NCBI GenBank assembly: GCA_951812955.1
Contig: OX638340.1
Span: 608,001 to 672,000, forward strand
DNA: 64,000 nucleotides
Direction of reading: 5' to 3'
From: an uncultured Gemmatimonadota bacterium
GTDB taxonomy: Bacteria; JAAXHH01
The notes beneath the pieces are model-generated. The model saw nothing but the letters and a program-made list of their open reading frames with translations. It ran no database searches and was not told where the DNA came from. The position numbers were made by a program, and so were the translations under genes. The number at the start of each line of letters is the position of its first letter. The first letter of the stretch is position 1. Of this stretch, positions 1 through 9,757 are shown piece after piece.

Positions 1-1
1 T

Positions 2-1033
2 GGGGATACGCACGTCACGCTGCTGTCCGGCGACACGAACCTTGTGGAGGTGGATGTGGCCGTGCAGTACAAGATAGACAACCTGCGAAACTATCTCTTT
101 GCGGTTTCGGACCCGACGATGTTGATGACCATGATCGTACGGGAAGAAATGGTCAATATCGTGGGGCAGAATTTCATCGACCTTATACTCACGTCTAACC
201 GGAACATCATCGAACGTCATCTCCACGACTTCCTCGCCGGACGTCTCGAAACGATTGACATCGGTATCGAACTCGTCGACCTGAACATCCTGGACATCCG
301 CCCCATCGAAGAGACCGTAGAGGCCTTCCGGGACGTCAACGATGCCATTTCCGAGCGCATGCAGTCCATCAGCAACGCCAACCTGCGCAGGGAGAAACTG
401 GTCGCCCGCACGAAGGGCCAGACGGAAGCGATTGTCATGGATGCGAAAGCCACGGCGAGAGAACGCGTTCTGCAGGCCGAAAGCAGTGCCGGCGCATTCT
501 CGAAACTGCTAGACGAATACGCCAAGCAACCGGCCCAGGTGGGCATTACCCGTTACTGGCAGCGGATGCGAACGATTTTCGCCGAAGCGAACCTGGCCGC
601 GGTTAATCCCGGCAACGACGCGAATATCGAAGTCAACCTGGTAGACAGCGGCACGGCGTTGACGCCGGTGGAAATGGCTTTCGATTCGCCGGAAGCGTTG
701 TCGGCCGCCGGCCCCGATTCGCTGGACAGGCCGGTTTATTCGACCTTGCCCCCGGATATTCATCGATATGAGAACATCGACAGGGACGGTTTCCTGATCG
801 AAGGCAGATTCCATAGCAGGAACACCGAACGGGATCACCTTCCCGTCGCCAGGCCTCGATCGCTCATTTTCGACACGCCTTCCATCTTCAGCCATGGACA
901 CGTGGCGACAAGCAGCACGGACACGGCGAATCAATCAGGCGAGAAGGCCATGGTCGATACCATGCACGACGAAGAAAGCGAAGAAGAATCTAAAGAGGGC
1001 ACGGAAGGGAGCCAAAGTGATCCGAAGCAATAA
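2..1033 (+). CDS. SPFH/band-7 (HflK/HflC-family) membrane protease modulator, 5'-truncated by the window edge. It has an acidic C-terminal tail (DEESEEESKEGTEGSQSDPKQ).
   Basis: The frame is open from nt 2. The translation shows the band-7 core (NLVEVDVAVQYKIDNLRNYLF...IRPIEETVEAFRDVNDAISERM...) followed by a coiled-coil C-terminus. The stop is at 1031-1033. Confidence 0.7.
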   Translation, partial: GDTHVTLLSGDTNLVEVDVAVQYKIDNLRNYLFAVSDPTMLMTMIVREEMVNIVGQNFIDLILTSNRNIIERHLHDFLAGRLETIDIGIELVDLNILDIRPIEETVEAFRDVNDAISERMQSISNANLRREKLVARTKGQTEAIVMDAKATARERVLQAESSAGAFSKLLDEYAKQPAQVGITRYWQRMRTIFAEANLAAVNPGNDANIEVNLVDSGTALTPVEMAFDSPEALSAAGPDSLDRPVYSTLPPDIHRYENIDRDGFLIEGRFHSRNTERDHLPVARPRSLIFDTPSIFSHGHVATSSTDTANQSGEKAMVDTMHDEESEEESKEGTEGSQSDPKQ

Positions 1034-2180
1034 ATCGCCCGGTCTTGCCTCGCTGGCAGCCGCCATTTTCATCACATTGCTGGCACACCCCTTGCCGGCC
1101 AGGGCGGAAACAGGCATATCCTCGGATGCCATCGTATTCGGTCAAAGCGCATGCTTTACGGGTCCCAACCGGAATCTGGGACTGTACTACAGGGCAGGCA
1201 TTCTTTCCGCATTCGAGGAACGGAACCGAGAGGGCGGGATCAACGGAAGGACGTTAAGGCTGCTTTCGCTGGATGATGGATATGAGCCGGAACAGGCCGC
1301 AGCGAACGCGGAGCGGTTTGCGGCGGAAAATGACGTCTTCGCGGTAATCGGCGGCGTGGGGACGCCGACTGCAAAGCGCATCGCCCCCGTTCTCCGCTCA
1401 GCCGACATACCCTTCGTCGGTCCTTTCACTGGCGCGGATTTCCTGCGTAATTTCGACCGGTTCCCCAACGTCATCAACCTCCGGGCCGCGTACCTGGATG
1501 AAGTCGTGACCATGGTTGATTATATCGTAAATGATCTGGGAAAGAACCGGTTCGGCGTCATCTACCAGGACGACGCCTTTGGACGCTCTGTACTTCGAGA
1601 CTTCCAGATTGCGCTCAACGCCCATGACCTGCCAATCCTTGCAAAGACCGCCCATTCCCGGAACACCCACGCGGTACACGCGGGGTTGTTTATGATCTCC
1701 AAGGCGGACCTCGATGCCATTCTGATTGTGGGATCGTATGCCGCAAACTCTGAGATCATCAACCTGTCCCACTCCCTGGGTCATGACTACATCGTTGCGA
1801 ATCTTTCTTTTGTCCTTTCCCACGAACTGAAGAAGCTGGTCGAAAACCATTCGAACAAAATCCTGGTGACCGAGGTAATACCGGATCCGAACAGCACTTC
1901 CAGCCTGGTAGTCCAGCGTTTCCTGGACGCGTTGCGGCCGGAATACGGAGAGGCCGAGACTGTCACGGCCCTGGTGAACGAAGTGGCCCTGGAAGGCTAC
2001 ATCCTCGGACGTTTCGTAATTGATGTGCTGGAGCGCATGGAAGGCGTTTTGACACGGGAACAATTCATGAACGTCGCGCTGTCTCCCGATAAAGTCATGA
2101 TCGACGACTGGACCCTGGAGTTCGCGCCCGGTACGAATACGGGGTCAAGATACATCCGGCTTACCAATCTGGGCGAATAG
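1017..2180 (+). CDS. Periplasmic binding protein type 1 (Leu/Ile/Val-binding LivJ-like ABC substrate-binding fold). Orphan: no permease or ATPase genes nearby. Paralog of the gene at 8113-9327.
   Basis: A GTG at 1017 sits in frame just before a signal peptide (VIRSNKSPGLASLAAAIFITLLAHPLPARA). PBP1 motifs are present (FGQSACFTGP, GINGRTL, DDGYEP, VIGGVGTPT). The start overlaps the 3' end of the upstream gene by 17 nt. Confidence 0.75.
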   Translation: MIRSNKSPGLASLAAAIFITLLAHPLPARAETGISSDAIVFGQSACFTGPNRNLGLYYRAGILSAFEERNREGGINGRTLRLLSLDDGYEPEQAAANAERFAAENDVFAVIGGVGTPTAKRIAPVLRSADIPFVGPFTGADFLRNFDRFPNVINLRAAYLDEVVTMVDYIVNDLGKNRFGVIYQDDAFGRSVLRDFQIALNAHDLPILAKTAHSRNTHAVHAGLFMISKADLDAILIVGSYAANSEIINLSHSLGHDYIVANLSFVLSHELKKLVENHSNKILVTEVIPDPNSTSSLVVQRFLDALRPEYGEAETVTALVNEVALEGYILGRFVIDVLERMEGVLTREQFMNVALSPDKVMIDDWTLEFAPGTNTGSRYIRLTNLGE

Positions 2181-2204
2181 CAACCTTTACACGAGGACTG
2201 ACCT

Positions 2205-2693
2205 GTGAAGAAGGTGGATGAGTTTACGGTCGAGGAAATCGGCGAGGAGTGGTTGCGCGAGCTTTACAAGGTCGTCGCGCTCCGGCGCGGTACCATGTTC
2301 AGGATGATTACTGAATCGACCCGTCTTCTCTTGTTCGGTAACGCGGGTGGCGCGGCGCTGATCATCGGCTTCATGAGCGCGGCAACGGGCGACCAGGCGT
2401 CCTCCTACCACTGGTTCAGCTTGTTTTCACTGCTCTCGTTCGCGCTAGGCACCCTTGCCTCCGCCCTGACGATGATCCTGGTGGCCGTAGTCTCGGTAAA
2501 AGAAGCCCACGGCGCCGAGAACGCGCTGAAACGTTTCGTCGATGGAGAAATCAACCGGTCACAGGTCATGTTCACCGTTGAAGAGCAAACCTTCCGTCTC
2601 GCCGATTCGGCCACCGTATCGGGTATTGTGAGTGCACTGGGGTTCATGGTGGGCGGGTTGGTCACGATAGCACTGCTTACGATTTTCTTCTAA
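2205..2693 (+). CDS. Hypothetical small integral membrane protein with about 3 TM segments. It is the first gene of a putative operon with the ZIP and CopA genes.
   Basis: GTG start at 2205, 162 aa, three hydrophobic helices. It is co-directional with the ZIP gene 74 nt downstream. No recognisable family. Confidence 0.4.
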   Translation: MKKVDEFTVEEIGEEWLRELYKVVALRRGTMFRMITESTRLLLFGNAGGAALIIGFMSAATGDQASSYHWFSLFSLLSFALGTLASALTMILVAVVSVKEAHGAENALKRFVDGEINRSQVMFTVEEQTFRLADSATVSGIVSALGFMVGGLVTIALLTIFF

Positions 2694-2766
2694 ATCGGCA
2701 CGCCGCAGTATAGCATACGTCCTCGCAGGAACATACACGCACATAGATGGTTAGGACGCTTCCGCT

Positions 2767-3642
2767 GTGTTGAATGATATTGTATTGCTTCTCCTGACCT
2801 ACTCGGCGGCGATCTTTGCCGTATCCCTTCTGGGCGGCAAACTTTCGGCCATCGTCACCATGACCCATTTCCGCACGCAACTGGTCATGAGTCTCGTGGC
2901 GGGGTTTCTGCTGGGCGTCGCCATGTACCACCTCCTGTTGCACAGCCTGGAGGATATCCCCGGACCGTATGCCGGTGAAATCGCCGTGGGGTGTGCGGTA
3001 CTTGGCGTCATCATGATTATCGTGCTGCTGCGAATATTCCGGTTTCATCAACACGAATTCGATCACGAAGCAGTGGAGACGCCGGACCAGCATGGCCACC
3101 ACGATCATCATGGTTCGGTAAACGTCAACCCCCGCAGCGTGTTCGGTGTCGCCACGGGTCTCGGGCTGCACACGGTAACCGAAGGTATCGCCCTCGGCGC
3201 GAGCATGCGTATCGGTTTGATTCATGAAGGGGAAACGATTCTTGTCGGCCTGGGGGTATTTCTGGCGATCATGCTGCATAAGCCGTTGGACGCGTACTCC
3301 ATTATAGGATTGATGAGAGTGTCGGGCTACGGCGACCGGGCTTGTACGTTGACTAACGTCGGTTTCGCCCTGTTGTGTCCGCTCATTACGATATTGACCT
3401 ACCTTGGCGTCGGCGTGTTGAGTGAACTCAACGAGCTGCATGTCGTGGGATACATCATGGCCTTCGCCGCCGGAGTCTTTCTGTGCATCTCCCTGAGCGA
3501 TCTGCTGCCCGAGATACAGTTTCACACTCACGACCGCGGAATACTCGCCGTCGCCTTCCTCATCGGGATCGGTCTCGCCTACGCCCTGTTCTATTTCGAA
3601 TCCGACACCATGCATGGGCTGGAGACGCTGGACACCCATTAG
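2767..3642 (+). CDS. ZIP-family divalent metal (zinc) transporter, ZupT-like, with a His-rich cytoplasmic loop.
   Basis: ZIP signature HTVTEGIALGAS. His-rich loop HQHEFDHEAVETPDQHGHHDHHGS. About 8 TM helices. 291 aa. Confidence 0.8.
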   Translation: MLNDIVLLLLTYSAAIFAVSLLGGKLSAIVTMTHFRTQLVMSLVAGFLLGVAMYHLLLHSLEDIPGPYAGEIAVGCAVLGVIMIIVLLRIFRFHQHEFDHEAVETPDQHGHHDHHGSVNVNPRSVFGVATGLGLHTVTEGIALGASMRIGLIHEGETILVGLGVFLAIMLHKPLDAYSIIGLMRVSGYGDRACTLTNVGFALLCPLITILTYLGVGVLSELNELHVVGYIMAFAAGVFLCISLSDLLPEIQFHTHDRGILAVAFLIGIGLAYALFYFESDTMHGLETLDTH

Positions 3643-3669
3643 CGTTCCCCCGCACTGCGAGTACTGGAG

Positions 3670-5898
3670 ATGACGACAAACTCCACGCAAGCGCAGCACT
3701 TCGACGTGGATACCGAAACCCGCGTATTCCACGTAGAGGGCATGACCTGCAGCGCGTGTTCCGCGCGGGTTGAGAAAATCCTTTCCGATGTCCCGGGTGT
3801 CGCCGCCGCCCACGTAAACCTTGCCCTTGAACGTGCGACACTTACAGTCAGGCCAACCCTGGATGTTGACACGCTGGCCGGGCCCGTGGCCGATGCCGGA
3901 TACAGGCTGACTCCCGTACAGGATGATCGATACGAACCTGAAATGGCACGCGGTCAGGCAAGCCGGGATCGTGTCGCCATGATCACCGCGATCATCGTGA
4001 CCTCCCCCTTTCTTCTGCAGATGCTGAGCAGACTGCTGCAAAGCTGGACCGGCATCGAATGGCATATGCCGGTCTACGCGGAAGCGCTGGCGGCTACTGT
4101 TCTGCAGATCGGTATCGGCGCCCGTTATTACCGGAGCGCTTTTCACGCGTTGCGCGGCGGCGGCGCGAACATGGACGTCCTGGTGGCCCTGGGCACGTCG
4201 TCCGCCTTCGCATACAGCTGGTACCTGGTGATCAGTCAGGGTTCCGGCGCGTCGGGGCAACTCTACTTCGAAGCCTCGGCGATCATCATTACTCTCGTGC
4301 TCGTCGGCAAGCACATCGAAACCCGTGCGCGGCGAAGCGCGGGCCGTGCGATACGCGAGCTGCTCGCCATCCGGCCGGTTACCGCGCAGATACGAACGGC
4401 GGACGGTACGGAGTGGGAAATGCCGGTGCACGCTTTGAAGGTGGGTGACGTCGTGATCTGCCGCCCCGGCGACCGGGTAGCCGTGGACGGCGTCGTGCTG
4501 CGGGGAGAGGCCGAAGTCGACGAGGCCCTCATCACCGGCGAGAGCGTACCCGTTCCGAAAAGCCCTGCCGACACCGCGATTGCCGGATCGTTGAATATCA
4601 ACGGCTTCATGGAAATCGAGGCCCGAGCCGTCGGAAGTGATTCGACCCTGGGCCGGGTGATCCGCCTGGTCGAAAACGCCCAGGCCGCCAAACCAGCCAT
4701 CCAGCGCCTGGTGGATCGAATCAGCGGCGTATTCGTACCTGTTGTCGTAGGCCTGGCCGTGATCACTTTTGCCGGGTGGATCCTCGCAGGGGGCGATCTT
4801 GAAACTGCTTTGATAAATGCCGTTTCCGTCCTCGTCATCGCCTGTCCCTGCGCGCTGGGACTGGCGACACCGACGGCGATCGTGGCCGGCGCCGGAGCGG
4901 CGGCCCGGGCAGGTATCCTGGTTAAGGACATCGAATCCCTGGAACAGGCTCACGGGCTGACTCACATCGTATTCGACAAGACGGGAACGCTGACCGAAGG
5001 CAGGTCAGTCCTCGCGTCCCTGGTTCCCCTGGCCGACCGAGGCGAAGAGGAGTTGCTTTCAATCGCCGCGGGGCTGCAGCAGGGCAGTGAGCATCCCTTC
5101 GCCAGGGCATTCAAGTTGGCCGCGGCCGGACGGAGCGTGTCACCCGCCGGGGTTGAACGATTCAGAAGCGTGGTGGCGCGCGGCGTCGAGGGCGAAGTCG
5201 AAGGGACGCGTTACCTGCTCGGCAACCGAAGACTCTTCCACGAGGCCTGCGGGGATACGCCACCGCCAGATTCCCCGCAATCCGGCGGCGTGTCCGCGGT
5301 CTGGCTGGCCGCCCGAGGAGATGCCGGATGCGAATACCTGGCTCGCTTCGATCTCGTCGATGCATTACGCGCCGACGCGGCTGAAGTGGTTGACAGGCTC
5401 AGGAAGCTCGGGGTAAGGATCTTGCTCGTATCGGGCGATGCGGAATCCGTAGTGGCGCAGATCGGCAGCGCGGCGGGTGTCGACGAATCGTACGGCGGCG
5501 CCACGCCGGAAGACAAGGAGCGTATCGTCGGACGATTGACGGAGAGCGGGGCGAAGGTCTGCATGGTCGGCGACGGGATCAACGACGCGCCGGCCCTCGC
5601 CCGCGCAACCGTGGGTATCGCCATGGGTTCCGGTACGGACGTGGCGATGGAAACGGCAGCGATCACGCTGATGAGACCCGAACCGGTCCTGGTGGCCGGC
5701 GCCATCGACGTGAGTCGAAGGACAATCCGGAAAATAAAGCAGAATCTGTTCTGGGCGTTTATCTACAACGTAATCGGACTTCCGCTGGCCGCAACGGGAT
5801 TCCTCTTCCCGGCGCTCGCCGCGGCCATGATGGCCTGCTCCAGCATCAGCGTCGTGCTCAACTCTATGACGCTCCGCGCATGGCGGCCCGATTCGTAA
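3670..5898 (+). CDS. copA: Copper-translocating P1B-type ATPase.
   Basis: N-terminal HMA domain (GMTCSACSARVEKIL). CPC metal-binding motif in a TM helix (IACPCALGLATP). DKTGTLT phosphorylation site. GDGINDAPAL hinge. 742 aa. Confidence 0.9.
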   Translation: MTTNSTQAQHFDVDTETRVFHVEGMTCSACSARVEKILSDVPGVAAAHVNLALERATLTVRPTLDVDTLAGPVADAGYRLTPVQDDRYEPEMARGQASRDRVAMITAIIVTSPFLLQMLSRLLQSWTGIEWHMPVYAEALAATVLQIGIGARYYRSAFHALRGGGANMDVLVALGTSSAFAYSWYLVISQGSGASGQLYFEASAIIITLVLVGKHIETRARRSAGRAIRELLAIRPVTAQIRTADGTEWEMPVHALKVGDVVICRPGDRVAVDGVVLRGEAEVDEALITGESVPVPKSPADTAIAGSLNINGFMEIEARAVGSDSTLGRVIRLVENAQAAKPAIQRLVDRISGVFVPVVVGLAVITFAGWILAGGDLETALINAVSVLVIACPCALGLATPTAIVAGAGAAARAGILVKDIESLEQAHGLTHIVFDKTGTLTEGRSVLASLVPLADRGEEELLSIAAGLQQGSEHPFARAFKLAAAGRSVSPAGVERFRSVVARGVEGEVEGTRYLLGNRRLFHEACGDTPPPDSPQSGGVSAVWLAARGDAGCEYLARFDLVDALRADAAEVVDRLRKLGVRILLVSGDAESVVAQIGSAAGVDESYGGATPEDKERIVGRLTESGAKVCMVGDGINDAPALARATVGIAMGSGTDVAMETAAITLMRPEPVLVAGAIDVSRRTIRKIKQNLFWAFIYNVIGLPLAATGFLFPALAAAMMACSSISVVLNSMTLRAWRPDS

Positions 5899-5959
5899 TG
5901 GTAATACGCTGTTCCCGCGATGATCCGGTCATCCGACCGTTCGCCGTACTGATGAAACG

Positions 5960-8116
5960 CTAGGAGGATTCCTGCGGGGCTACGGCAGGTTCGAACGGAA
6001 GGCTAATGGCCATCTCGGTGTACTCCCCCGGTTCGGAATCCACCTCGATGTTACCCCCGTGCTCGCGGACGATATCGTTGGAGAGCGCCAGACCGAGGCC
6101 TGTGCCCTGGTCGGTAGGCTTGGTGGTAAAAAAGGGATTGAAGATCTTCTCCCGCACGTGGGGCGGTATCCCCTTGCCATTGTCCTTTATGCGCACGACG
6201 ATATGATCTTCCTCGCGGCGGGTGGACAGCCAGATCGCGGGTACGTATCCGCTTTCCGTATCCGGGTCTTCTCTTTTCTCGTTGGTCGCATGGCAGGCAT
6301 TGTTCACCATATTCAGAAACACACGGGCCATTTCCTGCGAAACGATCTCAATCTTTCCGAGATCGGGGTCGAAGTCCTCGTTGATTTCGAGTTGAAAATC
6401 CGGGTTGGATGCCCTGGCGGCGTGGTACGCCAGCCGGGCATGTTCTTCCAGTAACGCGTTTACGTCCGTGGACTGCTTGTCTCCCGATCCGCGCCCCATC
6501 TGCAACATGTCCCGCACGATCCGGTTGGCCCGTTCGCCGTGTTCCCTGATCCGGCGCAGATTATCCGTAAGATCACCGCCGATTTCCCGGATGAGATCGT
6601 TCTGCGCTTCGTCGAGCGAACCGCCGCCTTCAGGCAGTTCTTCATGCAGTTCCTCCAGCAGTTCTTCCGACGACTCCGCGAAGTTTTTTACGAAGTTCAG
6701 CGGGTTCTGGATTTCGTGGGCAACGCCTGCAGTTAGTTCGCCGAGGGCCGCCAGCTTTTCCCGCATGACGATCTGGTTCTGCGCCCGCTGCAGTTCGCCC
6801 AACGTTTCTTCCAGTTTGTCGTTCTTGCCCCGCAATTCCTCCGCGAGTTTTTCCACGAGGTTCAGCCGTTGCGCTTCGATCGAATGCAACCTGAACACTT
6901 CAAGCGCCGAGGCCATGTCCGCCACCTCGTCGCGGCCGTCCAGCTCCACTTTTTGTTTCAAGTCGCCCCCCGCCATGCGCCGCATGTGTTCGGACAGAAA
7001 ACCCAGGCGACGCAGCAGGACTTTTCCCACGAACAACCAGGCGATCAGCAAAGCGCCAATCAGGCTGACCGCGTTCAGAGCGAGCAGGAGCTGTCTTCCC
7101 ACCTGGATCGTCCGGGTCGACGCGACCGTCGCGGCCTGGGTGCTTGTCTGCGCCGAGTTTACGAGATTTTCCACCTCAGCAACCAGATCGACCGCGATAT
7201 TCCGATTGTTCTCTATCAGTGCTCGCTGCTGGTCAAGGAGTTCCAGATCTTCCGCACGAATCTGAAATATCTGCTCGTTTCCGCTTCCCAGTTCAAACAA
7301 TTGAGCGAATACCGGTTCGAGCCTCTGTCTCAGTGAAGACGTACCCAGGCCGGCGAGACTTCTTTCCACTCCCCCGCTGGCCGATTCGAACCGTTCCAGC
7401 AAGGGCTCTATCCTGTCGGCGTCGACGAGATTGAAGACATTCGACAGGATCCGGGTACTGACAGTCGCCTCGGTCTGCAATTCAGCGAGGTGGCGGTACC
7501 GCTGAAGTTCCAGCTCGGAAAGATACTCCGAACGGGGCGCCGCGGGCTCGTCGATGTTCCGGTAACCCGTCGTCGTGTAAAACAGCTGGTCGTCCAGGGC
7601 CGGGACAAGAATACCGGTCAGTTCGGATTGCAGCCGCCCCAGTTCCCTTCGTAACAACTGGCTTTGTTCTTCAAGGATGAAACGGCGCGCCACAGACTCC
7701 TCGATCATCCTGATGTTGGACATCAGCGTATTCCCGCTTTCGCTGATGCGTTGAAAGCGCTCGTTTTCCATGCTGTACGCGGCGATTGCCTCCAACTGAT
7801 CCGCGAAACTCTCCCGCTCGTTGGCAATACTCGCGGTCACGGCTTCGAAAGCCTCGGGGGTCTCCGCGGCCGCCAGACGAGGAGCGGCCGCCGCCAGCGT
7901 TCCGCTCCGCTGCGCCACCCCGAAGGCCGCGGCGATTTCGGGTACGGCTACCTCGTTCACTTCGCGCTGTGCTTCACCTACCTCGTTGAAGGCGAACCAC
8001 GCCACCAGACTTGCGAACATGGTGATCGCTACCGCAGTCCCGATACCCAGGTACAGCTGCCCCGAAATTCGGGACGGGCCCTTGTCGTATAACCACAGCA
8101 GCCACTTTTTGATCAT
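5960..8116 (-). CDS. Membrane sensor histidine kinase: TM1, an extracytoplasmic domain of about 300 aa, TM2, HAMP, coiled coil, HisKA, HATPase. No receiver domain.
   Basis: H-box ELTAGVAHEIQNPLNFV. G-boxes DNGKGIPPHVREKIFNPFFTTK...GTGLGLALS. HAMP segment RRLGFLSEHMRRMAGGDLKQKVEL. Its ATGA start overlaps the upstream PBP gene. Confidence 0.85.
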   Translation of the reverse strand: MIKKWLLWLYDKGPSRISGQLYLGIGTAVAITMFASLVAWFAFNEVGEAQREVNEVAVPEIAAAFGVAQRSGTLAAAAPRLAAAETPEAFEAVTASIANERESFADQLEAIAAYSMENERFQRISESGNTLMSNIRMIEESVARRFILEEQSQLLRRELGRLQSELTGILVPALDDQLFYTTTGYRNIDEPAAPRSEYLSELELQRYRHLAELQTEATVSTRILSNVFNLVDADRIEPLLERFESASGGVERSLAGLGTSSLRQRLEPVFAQLFELGSGNEQIFQIRAEDLELLDQQRALIENNRNIAVDLVAEVENLVNSAQTSTQAATVASTRTIQVGRQLLLALNAVSLIGALLIAWLFVGKVLLRRLGFLSEHMRRMAGGDLKQKVELDGRDEVADMASALEVFRLHSIEAQRLNLVEKLAEELRGKNDKLEETLGELQRAQNQIVMREKLAALGELTAGVAHEIQNPLNFVKNFAESSEELLEELHEELPEGGGSLDEAQNDLIREIGGDLTDNLRRIREHGERANRIVRDMLQMGRGSGDKQSTDVNALLEEHARLAYHAARASNPDFQLEINEDFDPDLGKIEIVSQEMARVFLNMVNNACHATNEKREDPDTESGYVPAIWLSTRREEDHIVVRIKDNGKGIPPHVREKIFNPFFTTKPTDQGTGLGLALSNDIVREHGGNIEVDSEPGEYTEMAISLPFEPAVAPQESS

Positions 8117-9327
8117 GGCATTACGTCCCGGAGGGTATTGATGGGATGGTAACGGCCATCCTTTCCGATCACCGTGAGGAAAACGGCGTCGGAACCCTGG
8201 TTGTCCCCGGCTCCGAATTCAAGACGAAGACCGCCCATATCGATGGTCCCGGCCTGGTTCAGACTTTCCACGAGACAAGTCCGCCTTACGTCGGGACCGC
8301 AGCCTTCGAGCGCGGTGATGGCCAGTCTGCCCGCCAGGTATCCTTCGAAAGAAACGAATCCGGGTGTGGAGCCGGGCGCGTGCGCGGCGAGTGCGCGGCG
8401 ATACCGCACTGCAATGGCAATATTGCCGGCTGCAGGGAAGGGTACTACCTGGGAAACCAGTACACCCTGGCCATCGGGACCCAGCTCACCGGCCAGGGCG
8501 TTGCTTCCCACGAAGGAGATCGTCGCGAACACCGGGTTGAATCCCACGTGCCGCGCCCATGAGATGAGCGTAGCGACCGGATGGTACGCGCCGATGACGA
8601 CCACGGCGTCCGGCTTGCCGGCCTGCAGATCTAGCAGCCCCGCCTTGATCGCCGTGGTGTTCCGGGGATACACGCCGATCGCCACCGGATCCAGGTTCCT
8701 TCGATCCAGCGCTCGCCGCACACCCCGGTAACCCACCCGGCCGAAGGAATCGTTCTGGTACATCACGCCTATGCGCGTGATCCCCAGATCGCGCGAAAGG
8801 CGGTCGACGATTTCCTCGGTTTCCTGGAAATAGGAGGCGCGTAGATTGATGACGCCGGTTTCCGTGTTGTCCCTTAGGAAGATCGCGCCGGTAAATGGCG
8901 CGATATAGGGCACACCGGCCTGCGACGTGATGGGAACGGCCGAACGGGAAGTCGGCGTGCCGACCGCGCCGATCAGCGCGAATACGCCTTCGTCCTCAAT
9001 CAGCTTGCGCGTGTTTGCGATGGCGGCTTCGGGTTCGTAGGCGTCGTCGAGCGTAATGAGCGCAAGCCGCCGTCCATGTACGCCGCCCCTGCGGTTTGCT
9101 TCCTGGAAGGCCGCCTCGATGCCGAGGTTCATGTTGCGGCCGAGTTCCCTGGCAGGACCGCTGAACGCCGCCGACTGTCCGAACAGAATTTGTTCGTCCG
9201 TTACGCCGGGTTCTTCGATCTGGGAGGCGTTCGCGCCGCTGTGTGCTGGAATTAAAGCGGGAGAGAACGCCGTCGCACCAAGGGCGAGTAGTATGGCGAC
9301 CGCCCAGTGGTCACGCGTTCGTCTCAT
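8113..9327 (-). CDS. Periplasmic binding protein type 1 (LivJ-like), translationally coupled to the sensor kinase. Putative ligand-sensing partner.
   Basis: Signal peptide MRRTRDHWAVAILLALGATAFSPA. About 50% identity by eye with the PBP at 1017-2180 (FGQSAAFSGPA, GVHGRRL, DDAYEPE, LIGAVGTPTS). Four-nt overlaps with both neighbouring genes. Confidence 0.75.
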   Translation of the reverse strand: MRRTRDHWAVAILLALGATAFSPALIPAHSGANASQIEEPGVTDEQILFGQSAAFSGPARELGRNMNLGIEAAFQEANRRGGVHGRRLALITLDDAYEPEAAIANTRKLIEDEGVFALIGAVGTPTSRSAVPITSQAGVPYIAPFTGAIFLRDNTETGVINLRASYFQETEEIVDRLSRDLGITRIGVMYQNDSFGRVGYRGVRRALDRRNLDPVAIGVYPRNTTAIKAGLLDLQAGKPDAVVVIGAYHPVATLISWARHVGFNPVFATISFVGSNALAGELGPDGQGVLVSQVVPFPAAGNIAIAVRYRRALAAHAPGSTPGFVSFEGYLAGRLAITALEGCGPDVRRTCLVESLNQAGTIDMGGLRLEFGAGDNQGSDAVFLTVIGKDGRYHPINTLRDVMP

Positions 9328-9749
9328 CCATTTTCCTTCCGCTTGACGATCGTCAGGACGTTCTTGTCGTTTTCCCGGCGGTAGCTCAGTTCATCCATCA
9401 TGGTCCGAACCAGATAGATGCCGAGACCGCCGACGGGCCGGTCTTCAACCCCAGACTCGATATCCGGTTCCGGGGAGTCGGTAAGCGGGTTGAACGCCGG
9501 GCCTTCGTCCCGCAACTCGATGGTCAACGTTTCGGAATCGGAGTCCAGTACCACTTCGAATTCGTGTTCCGGGTCGTTGGCGTGGCCGTGGGTAACGATG
9601 TTGACGCCCAGTTCCTCAAGGACCAGCTTGACCTGGTACACCATGCCCGGCGGCCATTCTTCCGACTCGCCAAGTTCGTCCACGGCCTCGTAAATCCGTT
9701 CGAGTTGGTCCAGTCTGGTAGGCAGGCGAAGAGAGAGTTTTCTACGCAT
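9324..9749 (-). CDS. RsbW/SpoIIAB-like anti-sigma factor serine protein kinase (HATPase_c_2).
   Basis: 141 aa. GHKL ATPase motifs (EELGVNIVTHG, DEGPAFNP, GGLGIYLVRTMMDEL), typical of partner-switching kinases. Confidence 0.7.
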   Translation of the reverse strand: MRRKLSLRLPTRLDQLERIYEAVDELGESEEWPPGMVYQVKLVLEELGVNIVTHGHANDPEHEFEVVLDSDSETLTIELRDEGPAFNPLTDSPEPDIESGVEDRPVGGLGIYLVRTMMDELSYRRENDKNVLTIVKRKENG

Positions 9750-9757
9750 GGGCGAAC

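Noticed and set aside
2677-4965. 762-aa ORF on the minus strand spanning the ZIP and CopA genes
   Set aside because: The translation is Arg/Gly/His-rich low-complexity sequence with no domain signatures. It lies antisense to two genes with unambiguous motifs. This is a typical spurious long ORF in high-GC DNA.
5899-5959. Rho-independent terminator between the convergent copA and histidine-kinase genes
   Set aside because: Only a weak 5-bp hairpin (GATGAtccggTCATC) with no U-tract on either strand. Insufficient to call.
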